Shown in pieces: positions 60,820-64,000 of a DNA stretch of 64,000 nucleotides. Location of the stretch: the NCBI GenBank assembly GCA_002633005.1, contig NMRA01000377.1:320619-384618 (forward strand), read 5' to 3'. The notes under the pieces were generated by a model. That model saw nothing but the letters and a program-made list of their open reading frames with translations. It made no database searches and had not been told where the DNA came from. Both the position numbers and the translations under genes were made by a program. The number at the start of each line of letters is the position of its first letter. Within the stretch, counting starts at the first letter, position 1. This DNA comes from Phoronis australis (Eukaryota; Animalia; Phoronida).

Positions 60820-63800
60820 TGATCTTTGCTACGTTTTTTTTTCACACAAACATGTGTCGTTTGCATTACATACACGGTGCAGTTTGCGCATGGACCAGCC
60901 CATTCTTTAAACATGTTACTGTCCCCTGAGTACCAAATTTTACCCAAGACACGAAAACTGGCGAATCTCGGGTTTACTCAAATTCACGCTGTGTGATTGG
61001 CCAATTTTAGATTCGAATCTCATAAAACATTTGACACGCACGAGGTCTGGTGCTGATGAGTACATAGTTCATAGCTGTAGCCCAATGTACGGTAGTTTCA
61101 ATAGACACACATAAATGCGCCCTTACTTACAGCATAAAGGCAAATGCTTTTCAGGATATGTAAACGTCTACATCGATCAAGCAGAGTATAGGTTTGCACC
61201 CAGATAACCCGACAATTTCATCCTCAGTGAACGCTTAGCTGATACAATCCTTTAGTGTCATATCTTGAAACTTTGCTATTCCCCAAAGTCACAAAACGGC
61301 TCTCATGAGAAATTCGGAACATAACACCATTTTTTCGAAGCGATGAACACGACGAGTCAATCGAACACATGGTACTGAGTAGCCGACAATCGTACGAAAG
61401 CGTTGACGTATTAAGGAGACTGAAACGGCGTCGAGAGATCACCGAGAAAAAATCTGTTCACAGTTTAAAGTTATAGTTAGCGAGAAGAAATCAACAAGGC
61501 AAATGGATATAAGTGTAGAAGGTCATATATTTATTTCCTGAAAGTCTCTTAAACTAGAAAGACAGTGAACAATTTAAAATGTTGATTCAAAAATCCGCAA
61601 TTTCTGTAATCACCATTAACCTTCCTTATGAGGTGCATGGCTAAGCCTGAACAGTCCAAAGTAATGCCGCTACTATTTATGGATCTTAGAAGCAAAAATT
61701 GGTTGAAGTCACGAGTGTTCAGCAGCTCATCAGAACAAACAAACTGCCGTGTCAACTGTTTGTAACTGTAATCACACTTCTGTAATAGAATCGTTCAAGT
61801 ATTTAATGGATATCACGACGGACACGGTATTTATGACCAGATTGCAAAAGATTATCAAACTACTTTATTTATATTGCCTTGGCCCGCCCTCTTCAAAGTA
61901 CTTCCTGTTACAGCTAAGTGGTGATGAAGAGTCAGCGGTTCCCACTGCTTTCTGAAATTCTAACATTGCTAAACGATAAACAAACAAAATTAGTAATATG
62001 CCACTTAAAAATTCCTACAAAACAATTCTCAATATATTTTTTCAACATAATGGGATTTCATTCCCTTTGGAAAATAAAAATCAATAGTATTTAGAAACCA
62101 TGGAATCGTTGCAGAAAATCACCAAAGTGACCAGCTCTTACAAAATTTTACAATTTCAATTCAATCCATCAGATTCATTTTTTTCAGAAGTGTAATATTC
62201 ACTCACCGCATTGTGTCAAAAATCTTCATTTTTTGTTGCTACTGACAACACTGATAGACCAATCCCTAATTTTCCGTTCCATGCGCCGCCGTTGCACCTT
62301 TGAGTACAGCAACTTTGACATCGTTTTGTAGATATCAATTTTTTCATTTTCAAATGTTGTCAACTTTGCAGTGTTTGTGGAGGACAGGGCTTTCGCAACG
62401 TCCCATACGCCATTTTTAAAAGTCTGTCGCAGATATTTGTCCTTCGGAAATTGTGGCCGGGTACCCCTAGTGACCTTCCCACACGCAGGTAGCACCCAGT
62501 TTAAGACATGCAAGTACACCACTAACCACGGCTGGAATACTCAGCTGTTCGTAAATCAAATCGATTATCACTGTTTTTGCTTCTCTAGATGAGCCCAATA
62601 CACTTAAACATCGTTCCACCAGGAAATGAAGTGAGTAAAGCATGAATATGCGTAAGAAATCAACTAGCTAAGCCTCATGGGCCCTGGTCATGAAAAGTGA
62701 CAAAATACGTAAGACCCAAAACTTGAGTAAGTTAAGACCGTAAGTCGGTTTAAGTTAAGACCCGAGACAAAAATACAGAAAAGAGAGTTTCATGGACACT
62801 AAGTCCATTTTTGGTCTTCTGTCTTAACAGCTATTTTTATTGTCTTAAAAGTCGAGTTTAGACATAGGTGAGCAAAAAACTGCGGGTTTGCCATCCGAAA
62901 TTACAAAGGCGAGGCGGAATGTGAAATACGGTTTCAGAATAATCTTGACCTTGATAAATAAAGATTTATTGACACCATGTTTGATATGACTGGGAAATCG
63001 CTTACGTGAGAAGAGCCTGGTATGTCTGGAAATTATCATTTGACATGTGCAGGTAAGTCGCACTGTATTGTCTCTACGCGACTGCGCAGCTTTACCGGCT
63101 CTTGAATCAATCTTCAATTGTGTAGGGAAATCAGATTCTGAAATAAATCAACGAACTTTGTTTCTTAACAGTTCTCAGTGACGACAGTGACATAAATTTT
63201 GGTCATTGAGACTAAAAGTCCAATCTTATGCCTGCTCCACATGTAGCAACAACTTCTCAACCCTACAAATCATTTCTAGTCTGGGTAAGGAACAAAATGG
63301 AGGCAATTTTAGAATGACAAGTAGCCTAAGTAAGCAGTTGTCTTTTAACACGAGACCCTGGTTTGTTATTGCACATTCATTAAACAGTATCGGATCCAGA
63401 TAAAATAAATTAGGCTGTCAAAATACATTGGCCAGAGAAAACACTTCATCTGCACAATCATTCTCAACACGTAAATACTTGATAGTCAAATTCATTCTAG
63501 CAATTCTCAAAACCTTGAATATTAGAAAGATTATCTCTGTTGCATTACATGTCTCTATAAACTGAATTGCATGACTTATGAGTGGTGGCCTAACACTTGT
63601 AAACAAATAAACATATTCATATTTTTAAGGTTTTTTATTTTAATAAGTTTATTTGCAGAAACTGAAGTTAACAATGGAATACAATAGAAAAAAAAAACAA
63701 ACACAAACACATTCACTCTCACATTCGCACATTCCACGTCTGCTTGAATTTATACTGAATATATAAGGGTTTCAAAAATCCCAGCAAGTCAGGGGGTAAT

Positions 63801-64000
63801 TTTCTAGATTTTATACTTTTCCATGTCATGACAGTGTCAAATAAAATTGGGTGAAATCCCTGAAGTACAGGAATACAAGAAGACTTCGAACAAGTACATG
63901 TATATAAAAAGTACTAAGCTAACGTTAAGTATCAGTCCACGGATCCACCGACCACAGTACAGCCAACAAGCGGCAAGGTGGGGGGTCAACCATTCAGATC

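Noticed and set aside
63837-63998. Minus-strand open frame at the window edge (SEWLTPHLAACW..) as the end of a convergent gene
   Set aside because: Only ~53 codons with no recognisable motif; it could be the 3' UTR of a neighbouring gene but cannot be supported from this window.

Overview
This is AT-rich eukaryotic (animal, probably non-vertebrate) genomic DNA from a draft assembly. Single-N gaps lie at 1574, 3870, 20548, 40695, 44125 and 48903, and four of them are flanked by redundant, haplotype-like duplicates. Most short ORF-track entries are intronic noise; the real content is two spliced + strand genes that I reconstructed by hand from GT-AG sites and phase continuity. (1) 164-6183 is the 3' part of a gene for an NPHP3/TEP1-like helical region followed by TPR repeats and a long Asp/Glu-rich tail. 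(2) 12054-59565 is a ~54-exon, ~4,000-aa type I membrane protein with an unusual architecture. Its N-terminus is a signal peptide and a Notch-ligand head (MNNL/C2 + DSL + one EGF). This is followed by ~29 copies of a ~100-aa beta/alpha (inferred SEA-like) domain. The first 22 copies are encoded by 11 three-exon modules (Thr-rich mucin exon, domain exon, CxC micro-exon), several recently tandem-duplicated as ~1.66-kb units. The C-terminus has a 63-nt symmetric micro-exon carrying two furin consensus sites (RVRR, RGRR), a TM helix and a short tail with NPxY. Introns hold non-autonomous transposon-like elements, minisatellites and dead exon copies. No tRNA, rRNA or CRISPR features were seen.
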